Positions 19,413 to 28,598 of a stretch of 64,000 bases of DNA are shown one piece after another. Position numbers and translations under genes: made by a program. How positions within the stretch are numbered: the first letter of the stretch is position 1; every line of letters starts with the position of its first letter. The notes beneath the pieces were generated by a model. The model saw nothing but the letters and a program-made list of their open reading frames with translations. It did not search any database and had not been told where the DNA came from. The DNA is from Gemmatimonadales bacterium (GTDB lineage Bacteria; Gemmatimonadota; Gemmatimonadetes; Gemmatimonadales; GWC2-71-9). The stretch lies in contig JBIOUY010000082.1 of the NCBI GenBank assembly GCA_044867445.1, positions 15,315 through 79,314 on the forward strand, written 5' to 3'.

Positions 19413-19484
19413 GGTAACAGGTGAGACGTGAGAGGTGAGAGGTGAACCGCAGCACCTGTCACCTGTCACCTCTTACCTCTCACC
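19413..19484. repeat. Heptamer-repeat hairpin spanning stop codon to stop codon of two convergent genes
   Basis: Left arm: GGTAACA GGTGAGA CGTGAGA GGTGAGA GGTG. Right arm: CACCTGT CACCTGT CACCTCT TACCTCT CACC. I paired 32 positions by hand and found 5 mismatches and 1 G-U pair. The loop is 8 nt (19445..19452). Confidence 0.85.
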
Positions 19485-21336
19485 TTCCAGTTTTTACCGT
19501 CTTCACTCCCGCCAGCAGCTCCAGCGCCACGCCAATCCTGCCGCCGGGGGCGCTCACTTGCACCCCCTGCACGATGTCTTTCACCGATTCGATCATCTCT
19601 GCAGCGATGGCCGCCCCTTCGGCCCGTGCCGCGGCGCTCCCATGCTCCTGCGCCCTGCGCATCCGCTCGACCAGCACCTCCGGCACCTCTACGCCGGGCA
19701 CCTCGTTGGCCAAGAACTCAGCGTTTCTCAGCGAGGTTAGCGGCCAGATACCGGCAATGATGGGGACCCGAGTCCGGATCCGCTCGATCACTCGCTCCAG
19801 CTGCTCGGGGTCGAACACCGGCTGGGTGACCGCGAAGTCCGCGCCGGCCTCAACCTTCCAGGTGAACCGTTCCAGCTCGCGATCGAGATCATGCGATCCC
19901 TGGTTAAGCGCCACGCCCACGACGTAACGCGTCGGCTCTCCGATGGTGTTGCCGCCCGGATCCAGTCCCTGGTTCAGCCGGTGAATCAGGTTGGTGAGGC
20001 CGATGCTATCGATGTCGAAGACCGCTGTGGAATCGGGGTACGGCCCCATGGCCGGTGGGTCGCCGGTCACGATCAGCACGTTGCGCAACCCGCCCGCGGC
20101 AGCGCCCAGCAGGTCGCTCAGCATGCCGGCCATGTTGCGGTCCCGGCAGGTGTAATGGAAAACCGTCTCCAGCCCCACCTCTCGCTGCACGATCAGCGCG
20201 GCTGGGAGAACCCCCATGCGACTCTGGGCCCGAGCACTGTCGAGCACGTTCACCGCATCCACGCCGGCATCCTTCAACGCGCGGCACTGCTCCACCATCG
20301 CGTCCGGTTTCCAGCCCTTGGGTGGGAGAATCTCGACCGCCGTCACCAGCTCTCCCGTGACCAGCTTCCGGCCTAATCCAGAGCGGTGCTCGAGGGGAAC
20401 GGCTTCGACCCGACTGGGAGCGTTCTGCTCCACGAAGGACGCAGTCACCGCGGCGAGCCGCGGCTGCAGGCTGGCGACGTAGTCCCGGATCTTGCGGATG
20501 TGCTCCGGCGTGGTTCCACAGCAGCCGCCCACGAATCGAGCCCCCGCCTGGATCATCCGCCGGGCGTACTGCGCCATATAGTCGGGGCTGGCCAGGTAAA
20601 TCCGGCGGTCATCAACCGCGCGGGGGAGGCCGGCGTTGGGCTGGGCCGAAAGCGGGCGCTCGGTCAGCTCCACCATGCGCTCGATCGCATCCAGCATCGC
20701 GGCCGGCCCGACCGAGCAATTGAGCCCCACGACGTCGGCGCCCAGCTCGGTGAGCCTGGTCGCGATGGTCTCGACGCCGGTGCCGTAGCTGGTGTTGCCA
20801 TCCTGCCCCACGGTCATCTGCGCGATCACGGGGAACTCGGCCAAGCCCCTCACCGCGCGGAATGCGGCCTCCAGCTCGTTCAGGTCGCTGAAGGTCTCCA
20901 GGATGAAGCCATCTACCCCTCCCTCCAGCAGCCCGCGTGCCTGCCGGGTGAAGAGCGCAATGGCCTCCTCTCGTGCGGTGGGCCCCCAGGGCTCCAGCCG
21001 GATGCCCAATGGGCCGATCGCGCCAACCACGAAGGCCCGGCCATTGGCGGCGCGCCGGGCGATCGCGACCGACGCGCGATTGATCTCCTCGGTCTGTTCC
21101 TCCAAGCCATAGCTCGAAAGCTTGACCGGGTTGGCGCCGAAGGTGTTGGTCTCGACGATCTCCGCGCCGGCTTGGACGTAGGCTTCGTGCACCTCCTGCA
21201 CCAGCGCCGGCTGGGTCACGTTGAGCTCGTCGTAGCAGACGTTGACGAACACGCCCCGGCTGTAGAGCATGGTGCCCATCGCCCCGTCGAGGACGTGGAC
21301 CCGGCCGTCGGTGATGAGATCTCTGAGGGTGGACAT
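19480..21336 (-). CDS. Bifunctional homocysteine S-methyltransferase / 5,10-methylenetetrahydrofolate reductase (YitJ-like)
   Basis: The N-terminal Hcy-binding domain shows [11 protein letters not shown]...ETNTFGAN...[11 protein letters not shown]. The C-terminal half is MTHFR-like. The Met at 21336 (MSTLRD) is preferred. Confidence 0.85.
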   Translation of the reverse strand: MSTLRDLITDGRVHVLDGAMGTMLYSRGVFVNVCYDELNVTQPALVQEVHEAYVQAGAEIVETNTFGANPVKLSSYGLEEQTEEINRASVAIARRAANGRAFVVGAIGPLGIRLEPWGPTAREEAIALFTRQARGLLEGGVDGFILETFSDLNELEAAFRAVRGLAEFPVIAQMTVGQDGNTSYGTGVETIATRLTELGADVVGLNCSVGPAAMLDAIERMVELTERPLSAQPNAGLPRAVDDRRIYLASPDYMAQYARRMIQAGARFVGGCCGTTPEHIRKIRDYVASLQPRLAAVTASFVEQNAPSRVEAVPLEHRSGLGRKLVTGELVTAVEILPPKGWKPDAMVEQCRALKDAGVDAVNVLDSARAQSRMGVLPAALIVQREVGLETVFHYTCRDRNMAGMLSDLLGAAAGGLRNVLIVTGDPPAMGPYPDSTAVFDIDSIGLTNLIHRLNQGLDPGGNTIGEPTRYVVGVALNQGSHDLDRELERFTWKVEAGADFAVTQPVFDPEQLERVIERIRTRVPIIAGIWPLTSLRNAEFLANEVPGVEVPEVLVERMRRAQEHGSAAARAEGAAIAAEMIESVKDIVQGVQVSAPGGRIGVALELLAGVKTVKTGR

Positions 21337-21340
21337 GGCC

Positions 21341-21492
21341 TTAATGGCGGGAAGGACGGTAAAGACGGTAAGGTCGGAAAAGACGGAAGACCAGGGAATC
21401 CTCATCCCGAGCGCAGCGAGAGATCGTTGACGAGGATGAGAAGCCACCCTCGCAGCGCCTTGCGGCCCTTTCCGTCCTTACCGCCATTATCG
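21341..21492. repeat. 9-nt tandem repeats plus inverted copy, filling the metH / hmt-MTHFR intergenic gap
   Basis: Left arm: TAATGGCGGG AAGGACGGTA AAGACGGTA AGGTCGGAA AAGACGGAA. Right arm: CCTTTCCGTCCTTACCGCCATTATCG (21468..21493), complementary to the start of the left arm. An inner hairpin pairs CCTCATCC with GGATGAG. Confidence 0.7.
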
Positions 21493-21494
21493 TC

Positions 21495-24400
21495 CTAGCG
21501 GTCATAGTTCAGATTCGGCGCCAGCCAGCGTTCCGCTGTGGCGAGGTCCATGCCCTTGCGTCGAGCGTAGTCCTCGACCTGGTCGCGGTCGATCTTGCCG
21601 ATGCCGAAGTACTCCGCCTGCGGGTGCCAGAAGTAGTACCCACTCACCGATGCCGTGGGCAGCATCGCGAAACTCTCGGTCAGCGTGATCCCCGCGGTCG
21701 ACTCTGCAGCCAGCAGATCGAACAAGATCCGCTTTTCGGTGTGGTCGGGGCAGGCGGGATAGCCCGGCGCCGGCCGAATCCCCTGATACTCCTCTCGGAT
21801 CAACTCCTGATTGTTTAAGCGCTCGTCCTGGGCGTAGCCCCAGAATTCCGTCCGGACCCGCTCGTGCAGTCGCTCGGCGAAGGCCTCGGCCAACCGGTCA
21901 GCCAGTGCTTTGGCGAGGATGGCGCTGTAGTCGTCGTGCTGCGCTTCGAAGTCAGCAACCAGCTGTTCCAGGCCCACTCCCGCGGTGACCGCAAAGGCAC
22001 CCACATAGTCCGCAAGGCCCGACTCCCTCGGCGCGACGTAATCGGCCAGCGCGAGATTGGGCCGGCCTGGGGGCTTCAGCATCTGCTGCCGCAGCGTGTG
22101 AATCACCGCCCGCGAGTCGCTGCGCCGGTCGTCGGTGTAGAGCTCGATATCATCACCCGCCGCATTTGCTGGGAAGAAGCCCAACACGCCCCGGGCCCGG
22201 AGCAGCCGCTCGCGTACGATCCGATCGAGCAATCCCTGGGCGTCGCGGAATAGATTGCTCGCCGCCGAACCCACCTTTGGATCTTTCAGGATGGCAGGAT
22301 AGTGCCCGGCCAGCTCCCAGGTCTGGAAAAAAGGAGTCCAGTCGATTCGGTCGACCAACTCCGCCAGGGGATAGTCGTCGAGGGCGCGAATGCCCTGGAA
22401 ACACGGCCGCGGCGGCTCCGTGGCCAACCAATCGATCGCAAGACGGTTCCCGCGAGCCTCGGCCAGCGTGGCTCGGCGGTCCTGCGGCCGCCGGTCGGCG
22501 CGGTGCTCCCGGATCGCCTGATACTCGGCCCGGACCTCACCCACGAACGGATCGCGAAGCGAGTCGCTCAGGAGATTGCCCGCGACTCCCACCGCGCGAG
22601 AAGCATCCAGCACGTGCACCGTGGGAGCGGTGTAATTGGGCTCGATCTTCACCGCGGTATGCACTCGAGACGTGGTCGCGCCTCCGATCAGGAGCGGGAC
22701 CTGGAAGCCCTCCCGCTGGAGCTCGCTGGCGACAAACGACATCTCCTCCAACGAAGGGGTGATGAGTCCGCTCAAGCCGATCAGATCGACGGCCTCTCGC
22801 TTCGCCGTCTCCAGGATCCGGGCGCAGGGAACCATCACTCCCAGATCGATCACATCGTAGTTGTTACACTGGAGCACGACACCGACGATGTTCTTCCCGA
22901 TATCGTGTACGTCGCCTTTGACGGTGGCGAGCAGGACGCGACCCTTGGATCGCGTATTCACGTCCTTCTCCGCCTCGATGTAGGGCACCAGGTGGGCGAC
23001 GGCCTTTTTCATGACCCTGGCACTCTTCACCACCTGCGGCAGGAACATCTTCCCCGCACCAAAGAGATCGCCGACGACATTCATGCCGGCCATGAGCGGT
23101 CCCTCGATCACGTGGATCGGGCGCTCTGCCTGGCGGCGGGCTTCTTCGGTGTCCTCTACGATGTAGTCGGCGATGCCCTCGACCAGTGCATGGGCGAGCC
23201 GCTCGGCGACGGGCGCGGCGCGCCACGCGAGATCGGGGACCAGGGTGGCCGCCTGACCCTTCACGGAATCGGCGATCTCGAGCAAGCGGTCGGTGGCCTC
23301 CGCCCGGCGATTCAGGACCAGGTCCTCGACTCGTTCGAGCAGCTCCGGTGGTATGTCGCTATAGATCGGCAGCTGGCCGGCATTCACGATTCCCATGTCC
23401 ATCCCCGCGGCGATGGCATGGTAGAGAAAGACCGAGTGGATGGCTTCGCGCACCGGATCGTTGCCGCGGAAGGCGAAGGAGACGTTGCTCACGCCGCCGC
23501 TGATCCGCACGTGCGGCAGCGCTGCCTTGATCCGGCGGGTGGCCTCGATGTAGTTCACCGCGTAGTCGCCGTGCTCCTCGATCCCGGTCCCGATCGCAAA
23601 AATGTTCGGATCGAAGATGATGTCTTCCGGCGGGAAGCCCACCTGCTGGGTGAGAATCCGGTACGACCGAGCGCAGATGTCGACCTTGCGTGCGACGGTG
23701 TCGGCCTGACCCTGCTCGTCAAACGCCATCACGATCACCGCGGCTCCGTATCGCCGCACCAGGGTCGCCTGGCGGACAAAAGTCTCCTCGCCTTCCTTGA
23801 GGCTGATGGAGTTCACCACCCCTTTGCCCTGGAGGCACTTGAGTCCCGCCTCAATAACCGACCACTTGGAGGAGTCCACTACCACGGGGACCCGGCTGAT
23901 GTCGGGCTCCGCAGCGAGCAGCTTGAGGAATGTCACCATGGTCTCTTGGGAATCGATCATCGCCTCATCCATGTTGACATCCAGCATCTGCGCGCCGTTT
24001 TCCACCTGCTGGCGGGCGATCTCCAGTCCCGCCTCGTAGTCTTGGGCCAGAATGAGGCGGGCGAATTTGCGAGAGCCGGTCACGTTGGTTCGCTCGCCGA
24101 CATTGACGAAGATGCTCTCCGGCCCGATGGTCAGCGGCTCGAGTCCGCTCAGCCGGCACTTGGGCTCGATCGTCGGGCGGACCCGCGGCGGCACTCCTCG
24201 CACCGCGTCGGCGATCGCCCGGATATGGGCTGGAGTAGTGCCGCAGCAACCTCCCACCAAATTGACCAGGCCGTGCTCGGCAAACTCCTTGAGGACCCCG
24301 GCCATATACTCGGGGCCCTCGTCATATTGTCCGAACTCGTTCGGAAGCCCGGCATTGGGATGGGTGCTCACAAATACCGGGGCGACCCGGGAGAGCTCCT

Positions 24401-25244
24401 GGACGTACTGCCGCAGCGCCTTGGCCCCCAACGCGCAGTTGAGTCCCACGCTGAGCGGACGGCCATGAGCTACCGAATTCCAGAACGCCTCGGTGGTTTG
24501 GCCCGACAGGGTCCGGCCGCTCGCGTCGGTAATGGTACCGGAGATCATCACGGGGACACGAACGCCCGTAGCCTCGAACAGCGCATCAATAGCGAAGAGC
24601 GCCGCCTTGGCGTTCAGGGTATCGAAAATCGTCTCCACCAAAAGGAGGTCAGCGCCTCCATCCAGCAACCCGCGGGCGGCCTCTCCATAAGTCTCGACCA
24701 GATCGTCGAACCGGACGTTGCGGAATCCAGGGTCATTGACGTCAGGTGAGATCGAGGCGGTCCGGTTGGTCGGTCCGAGGACGCCGGCCACGAAGCGAGG
24801 TGCCTCCCCGTCACGCCGCTCGAATTGATCTGCGACCTCCCGGGCGAGCCGGGCCGAGGCGTGGTTTAGCTCGTAGACCAGGTCCCCCATCCCGTAATCG
24901 GCCAGCGACACCGCCGTCGAGTTGAAGGAGTTGGTCTCGATGATGTCGGCCCCCGCGTCCAGGTACGCGGCGTGGATGGCGCTGATCACGCCTGGCTGCG
25001 TCAGGGACAGCAGATCGTTGTGTCCCCTGAGGTCCCGGTGCCACTGGGCGAAGCGCTCGCCCCGGTAATCCCGTTCCTCCAGCCGATAGCTCTGGATCAT
25101 GGTCCCCATCGCTCCGTCCAGCACCAGAATGCGTCGGGCGAGGAGAGGCTCCAATTCCGCCAGCCGATCCTCCCGGCTGCGCTGGGTTGTGAGGGTGTCG
25201 ACGGCAGGGGGTTGATAGGTGAGCACGGGCGCTCCGGAAATCAA
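21495..25244 (-). CDS. metH: Cobalamin-dependent methionine synthase
   Basis: 1249-aa ORF with all modules. These are the Hcy domain ([11 protein letters not shown]), the pterin-binding domain, the B12-binding motif [10 protein letters not shown] and the C-terminal AdoMet activation domain. The ORF maximum starts at a TTG (25244); a GTG at 25226 is an alternative. Confidence 0.95.
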   Translation of the reverse strand: MISGAPVLTYQPPAVDTLTTQRSREDRLAELEPLLARRILVLDGAMGTMIQSYRLEERDYRGERFAQWHRDLRGHNDLLSLTQPGVISAIHAAYLDAGADIIETNSFNSTAVSLADYGMGDLVYELNHASARLAREVADQFERRDGEAPRFVAGVLGPTNRTASISPDVNDPGFRNVRFDDLVETYGEAARGLLDGGADLLLVETIFDTLNAKAALFAIDALFEATGVRVPVMISGTITDASGRTLSGQTTEAFWNSVAHGRPLSVGLNCALGAKALRQYVQELSRVAPVFVSTHPNAGLPNEFGQYDEGPEYMAGVLKEFAEHGLVNLVGGCCGTTPAHIRAIADAVRGVPPRVRPTIEPKCRLSGLEPLTIGPESIFVNVGERTNVTGSRKFARLILAQDYEAGLEIARQQVENGAQMLDVNMDEAMIDSQETMVTFLKLLAAEPDISRVPVVVDSSKWSVIEAGLKCLQGKGVVNSISLKEGEETFVRQATLVRRYGAAVIVMAFDEQGQADTVARKVDICARSYRILTQQVGFPPEDIIFDPNIFAIGTGIEEHGDYAVNYIEATRRIKAALPHVRISGGVSNVSFAFRGNDPVREAIHSVFLYHAIAAGMDMGIVNAGQLPIYSDIPPELLERVEDLVLNRRAEATDRLLEIADSVKGQAATLVPDLAWRAAPVAERLAHALVEGIADYIVEDTEEARRQAERPIHVIEGPLMAGMNVVGDLFGAGKMFLPQVVKSARVMKKAVAHLVPYIEAEKDVNTRSKGRVLLATVKGDVHDIGKNIVGVVLQCNNYDVIDLGVMVPCARILETAKREAVDLIGLSGLITPSLEEMSFVASELQREGFQVPLLIGGATTSRVHTAVKIEPNYTAPTVHVLDASRAVGVAGNLLSDSLRDPFVGEVRAEYQAIREHRADRRPQDRRATLAEARGNRLAIDWLATEPPRPCFQGIRALDDYPLAELVDRIDWTPFFQTWELAGHYPAILKDPKVGSAASNLFRDAQGLLDRIVRERLLRARGVLGFFPANAAGDDIELYTDDRRSDSRAVIHTLRQQMLKPPGRPNLALADYVAPRESGLADYVGAFAVTAGVGLEQLVADFEAQHDDYSAILAKALADRLAEAFAERLHERVRTEFWGYAQDERLNNQELIREEYQGIRPAPGYPACPDHTEKRILFDLLAAESTAGITLTESFAMLPTASVSGYYFWHPQAEYFGIGKIDRDQVEDYARRKGMDLATAERWLAPNLNYDR

Positions 25245-25274
25245 AAAGCCCCAGGAGCCGAAACGCCTCTGGGG
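25243..25274 (-). terminator. Intrinsic-terminator-like hairpin abutting the metH start
   Basis: The minus strand reads CCCCAGAGGCGTTTCGGCTCCTGGGG followed by CTTTTTG. It lies 60 nt downstream of the DUF167 stop and immediately 5' of the metH start candidates. Confidence 0.6.
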
Positions 25275-25335
25275 ACGCGTTTTAGCTGTTGATTAACGTG
25301 GCCGCAAGCAGCGCAAATCGCCACGAACTCAGTTG

Positions 25336-25659
25336 TTAGCAATGAGAAAGGTAATCGACCGATGGCTCGGAGCAAGAGCCACCCAGCCCCAGCCGCCGGG
25401 CCGCCTCCTCCGGTCCTATGCCGGAGACGGCCACAATCTTTGACCGACTGGTCTCTCCGGCGATCACCTGCACGGCTGAACGAGGAACCGAGAGCAGGTC
25501 GGCGAGCAGGCGAATCAGCGCCTGGTTGGCTGCGCCGTCGACTGGCGGTGCGCTGAGCCGCACGCGGAGCGCGTCGCCCAGGATGCCGGCAAGCTCGGTC
25601 CGCGATGCCCTGGGCTGGACCCGGAGCCGGAGCTGGATGGTGGTGGAATCGACCGGCAG
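25336..25659 (-). CDS. DUF167 (YggU-like) protein, start uncertain
   Basis: The frame reads LRLRVQPRASRTELAGILGDALRVRLSAPPVDGAANQALIRLLADLL, the DUF167 signature. The ORF track starts at an internal GTG (25563). No ATG/GTG/TTG lies further upstream in frame, so a CTG at 25659 is only a guess. Confidence 0.5.
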   Translation of the reverse strand: MPVDSTTIQLRLRVQPRASRTELAGILGDALRVRLSAPPVDGAANQALIRLLADLLSVPRSAVQVIAGETSRSKIVAVSGIGPEEAARRLGLGGSCSEPSVDYLSHC

Positions 25660-25671
25660 GATGGGAGACTG

Positions 25672-25810
25672 GTTAGGAGTCGTTGGTCCTTGGTCCTTAG
25701 TCGTTGGTCATTTGTATTCCGTCGCTCGTCTTCGATCCTGGGTCCTTGGTCTGCGCCCGCGGGACACCGCTGTTCCGGACCAAAGACCAATGACCAACGA
25801 CTAAAGACCG
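25672..25810. repeat. 7-nt tandem repeats plus inverted copy between yggT and the DUF167 gene
   Basis: Left arm: GGTTAGG AGTCGTT GGTCCTT GGTCCTT AGTCGTT GGTCATT. Positions 25692..25714 are complementary to 25788..25810 (CCAATGACCAACGACTAAAGACC) with 2 mismatches. An inner GGTCCTTGGTC / GGACCAAAGACC pair also exists. Confidence 0.7.
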
Positions 25811-25817
25811 GATCTCC

Positions 25818-26393
25818 TCAAATCATCCCCATCACGAATCCCCTCACCACCCAGAGCACCAGCCAGGCGATCATGGGACTGAAATCGAGCATCCCGAATG
25901 GAGGGAGGATTCGGCGAATAGGATCGATCAGCCAGTCGGTGAGAACCATGACCGGGCGCATCCAGCGGCGGTACGGCGACACGCCCAGCCACGAGGCCAC
26001 CACCCGAATGAAGATGGCGGCCATGAGCACAGTGAAGACCCCACTCAAGACGAATCTCAGCCAGGCACGGGGACCAGCGTAGGCGAGCGCGGCCATCGTG
26101 GCCGTCATGCCGATGAGCCAGTGCACCAGGCTCAGCAGTAGGAGACCAGCGACAATGACCAGACCGAGCAGCCAGAGGGAAGCGTCCTGGGGGCTGCCGC
26201 CCGCGCGGATGACCCGCCGCTCCAGCGGCAGGAGGACGGGCTCACTAATACGGCGGGTGAACCTGGGCCAGGCACCAAAAGGATTGATCCGGCGGGTGCG
26301 CACCGCCCAGTAGGTCGCCGCGACAATCGAGGCATAACCCAGGGCGAGGATGACCAAAGCGCGGGCCACATAGTCGAGCGCGAGGAGAACCAT
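25818..26393 (-). CDS. yggT: YggT family membrane protein (two YGGT repeats)
   Basis: 191 aa with four TM segments. The PIRRILPPFGMLDFSPMIAWLVL motif is typical of YggT/Ycf19. Confidence 0.75.
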   Translation of the reverse strand: MVLLALDYVARALVILALGYASIVAATYWAVRTRRINPFGAWPRFTRRISEPVLLPLERRVIRAGGSPQDASLWLLGLVIVAGLLLLSLVHWLIGMTATMAALAYAGPRAWLRFVLSGVFTVLMAAIFIRVVASWLGVSPYRRWMRPVMVLTDWLIDPIRRILPPFGMLDFSPMIAWLVLWVVRGFVMGMI

Positions 26394-26402
26394 CGGTCCC
26401 GC

Positions 26403-26858
26403 TCAACGACCAGCGTCGGACTGCCCGACCCGGATCGGGCGCTGAACCCCCGACCGGTTGGTACACATGACGGTGAAGCGCCCGCCGTTGAGCGAGGCCT
26501 CCTCCAGAATGTGACTGTCCCCGCGGCAGGAGGCGATCTCGCGGCCACTCAGTTTCCGGTATGACACAGTGATCAGCGGCTCTCGTTCCAGGCTGACGAG
26601 GTAGCGAGCGGTGTTGGGGGTCAGGCTATCCACACCCATTTGCCGGAGGGAGGTGGCGGGCCGGCCGCGGTGGGAGCCACGATAGTCCATCGCTCGATCC
26701 ACCAGCTCGAGGATCTCACGGCCCAGGAGCTCCGCGTCGCGCTGCTCGGGGGACAGTTGAGACTCCTCCACCGCTGGGGCCGGACGAGTGTTGTCCTTGT
26801 TTGCACACCCCGTCGACACCAGGGAGACCAAGGCGATCGCGAGGGTGAGGCGGCTCAT
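26403..26858 (-). CDS. Putative lipoprotein
   Basis: The internal Met gives MSRLTLAIALVSLVSTGC, a lipobox. Its ATG overlaps the desaturase stop (ATGA). Confidence 0.6.
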   Translation of the reverse strand: MSRLTLAIALVSLVSTGCANKDNTRPAPAVEESQLSPEQRDAELLGREILELVDRAMDYRGSHRGRPATSLRQMGVDSLTPNTARYLVSLEREPLITVSYRKLSGREIASCRGDSHILEEASLNGGRFTVMCTNRSGVQRPIRVGQSDAGR

Positions 26859-27832
26859 TCCATCGCGAATTCGCGGTTGAACACGACCTCGAAGCTGAAG
26901 GTCTTGGATCGACTCCGAGTCTCCATGTGCTCCGCGATTCGCTTCAGTCGCGCGGGAATCCCCATGATCTTTTCCTGTGCCTTGCGCCCGAGCTCGTTGA
27001 GTCCCTGGAGGCTTTCGATCTTCCAATAGCGGATCTGCTCCTGCACGATCCGCAGGTAGTCTCTGGGGCCGTAGATGCCGGCCCGCCGGATCACGTCCGC
27101 CAACTCCTTGAACCCGGGCATGGTGACGCCGGGCATGTCGATGGCGGGCAAAATAAACGATGCCGAATGGAGGGCCTGATCGGGATCCCGCTTGAGAATT
27201 TCTTCGAAGACTGAGCGATAGAACGCGTAGTGCCTGGCCTCATCTTTGGCCACGTGGCTCAGCACTTCCGCCAGCCGGGGCTCATACTCGGCGACAATGC
27301 GTCCGGTCTCGGCGTGGGAGAACTGGGTCGCCCGCTCCTGGACGGTGGTGTACGCGAACACCCGGTAGGGATCGCGGTCCCATTCGGGATGAAAGCCGCG
27401 CCGGAGATATTCAAACTGCATTTCCTCGATCTTGCGCTGGTCGAACAGGCGGGTATCCCGGGCATAGTCGTGCAGCACCTGTCCATGCCTGTCCTCTTCG
27501 GCAGTCCAGAGGTTGTTCCACAGTCGCCAATAGCTCTCGTCGCCCAGGTAGACCGCGAGGAGCCGGTGAAAGTGAGGCAAGCCCTCTTCGGTCAACATAT
27601 TCAGAGCCAGTGCGGCGCGGATCGGATCGGGGATGCCTTCTGCTTGCGCCCGCAGCCGGCCGACGAATTCGTCGGCGCAGGCATCCGGGCCCGCTTGAAG
27701 CAGGTCGGCGGGATACCAGAGCTCCCGCTTCCGTTCGTGTGCCTCCATCAACTCCCGGACTCGGCCTTCCAGATCCTGCAACACTTCGATCTTGGAGGCG
27801 ATCTCGTTGGTGGATTGGCTGGGGATGTCCAT
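26855..27832 (-). CDS. Soluble acyl-ACP desaturase (di-iron, PF03405-type)
   Basis: Two carboxylate/His di-iron motifs: WTAEEDRHG and AKDEARHYAFY. Also LTEEGLPHFH. Confidence 0.85.
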   Translation of the reverse strand: MDIPSQSTNEIASKIEVLQDLEGRVRELMEAHERKRELWYPADLLQAGPDACADEFVGRLRAQAEGIPDPIRAALALNMLTEEGLPHFHRLLAVYLGDESYWRLWNNLWTAEEDRHGQVLHDYARDTRLFDQRKIEEMQFEYLRRGFHPEWDRDPYRVFAYTTVQERATQFSHAETGRIVAEYEPRLAEVLSHVAKDEARHYAFYRSVFEEILKRDPDQALHSASFILPAIDMPGVTMPGFKELADVIRRAGIYGPRDYLRIVQEQIRYWKIESLQGLNELGRKAQEKIMGIPARLKRIAEHMETRSRSKTFSFEVVFNREFAME

Positions 27833-27947
27833 TCAGTCCCTTGGGATACGGTGGGGCTAGAACGCGAGACCGGACCAGCCACGTAAACTAACGTGACAGG
27901 TCCGGTCAATGCCAACCGCGAGATGTCCGAACCACTGCCCTTCGGGG

Positions 27948-28391
27948 CTAGCGCGGCTCGTTCGAGAGCTGCTTCTCCATGAGGGACCAGGAGCGCCGGC
28001 CCACGTAGTTCTGCCGGTGGAAGATCCGACGCCAGCCCAGGGCGGCCAACAGACCCTCGGAGCGCTCGTCGTCAGTCCAGAATTCGGCCAGGTGGGCCCC
28101 AGACTCCGCGGCTCGGTGCTCGAACGCGGCGAGGAGCCGATGGGCGTGGCCCCGGTGCCGCTCCTGAGGCAGAATCACCACATTCACCAGCTGGGCAACT
28201 CCACCCCGGAGCCAGTACCTGAGCCCCCCGATCCAGTCTCCAATCTCATTGCTGAGTACCAGATAGCGCTCGTCGATAGCTCCGGACGTGCCCAGGGACC
28301 CGGAGGCATCCTCCTCCTGCTCCAGGATCTCGGAATACCAGGCCGCAAAGTCCTCGTCCTGTTCCATTTCCCGAATCGTGAGCTCGCTCAT
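27948..28391 (-). CDS. GNAT family N-acetyltransferase
   Basis: 147-aa ORF. ...VNVVILPQERHRGHAHRLLAAFEHRAAESGA... has the Q/RxxGxG/A-like acetyl-CoA loop. Confidence 0.65.
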   Translation of the reverse strand: MSELTIREMEQDEDFAAWYSEILEQEEDASGSLGTSGAIDERYLVLSNEIGDWIGGLRYWLRGGVAQLVNVVILPQERHRGHAHRLLAAFEHRAAESGAHLAEFWTDDERSEGLLAALGWRRIFHRQNYVGRRSWSLMEKQLSNEPR

Positions 28392-28598
28392 CTGGTTGGC
28401 CGCCTTCCCGAAGGGGACTCCCTCCGTTTTTTCCTTATAGCAACACTAATGCCAACCCCTCTGTTCCCTCAGTGAAGATGGTCACGCCGCCGCTATGCTA
28501 AGCGGCCCAGCTCCTCATCGAGTATCGGTCCTCTCTGTGCGACAGATAAACGCGCCAGGTGTCCTTTGCTGGGGCCGAAGTGAAGCGTACCTTGAGTC

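Noticed and set aside
22302-24749. 815-aa ORF on the plus strand
   Set aside because: It lies entirely antisense to metH, whose translation is an unmistakable full-length methionine synthase. The plus-strand translation is Arg/Gly/Pro-rich with no motifs. This is the usual stop-codon-poor antisense frame of a GC-rich gene.
25245-25335. Calling the metH leader a known SAH, SAM or cobalamin riboswitch
   Set aside because: It is too short for a cobalamin riboswitch. I could not match the conserved cores of the SAH or SAM classes by eye. I kept it only as an unexplained terminator/attenuator finding.
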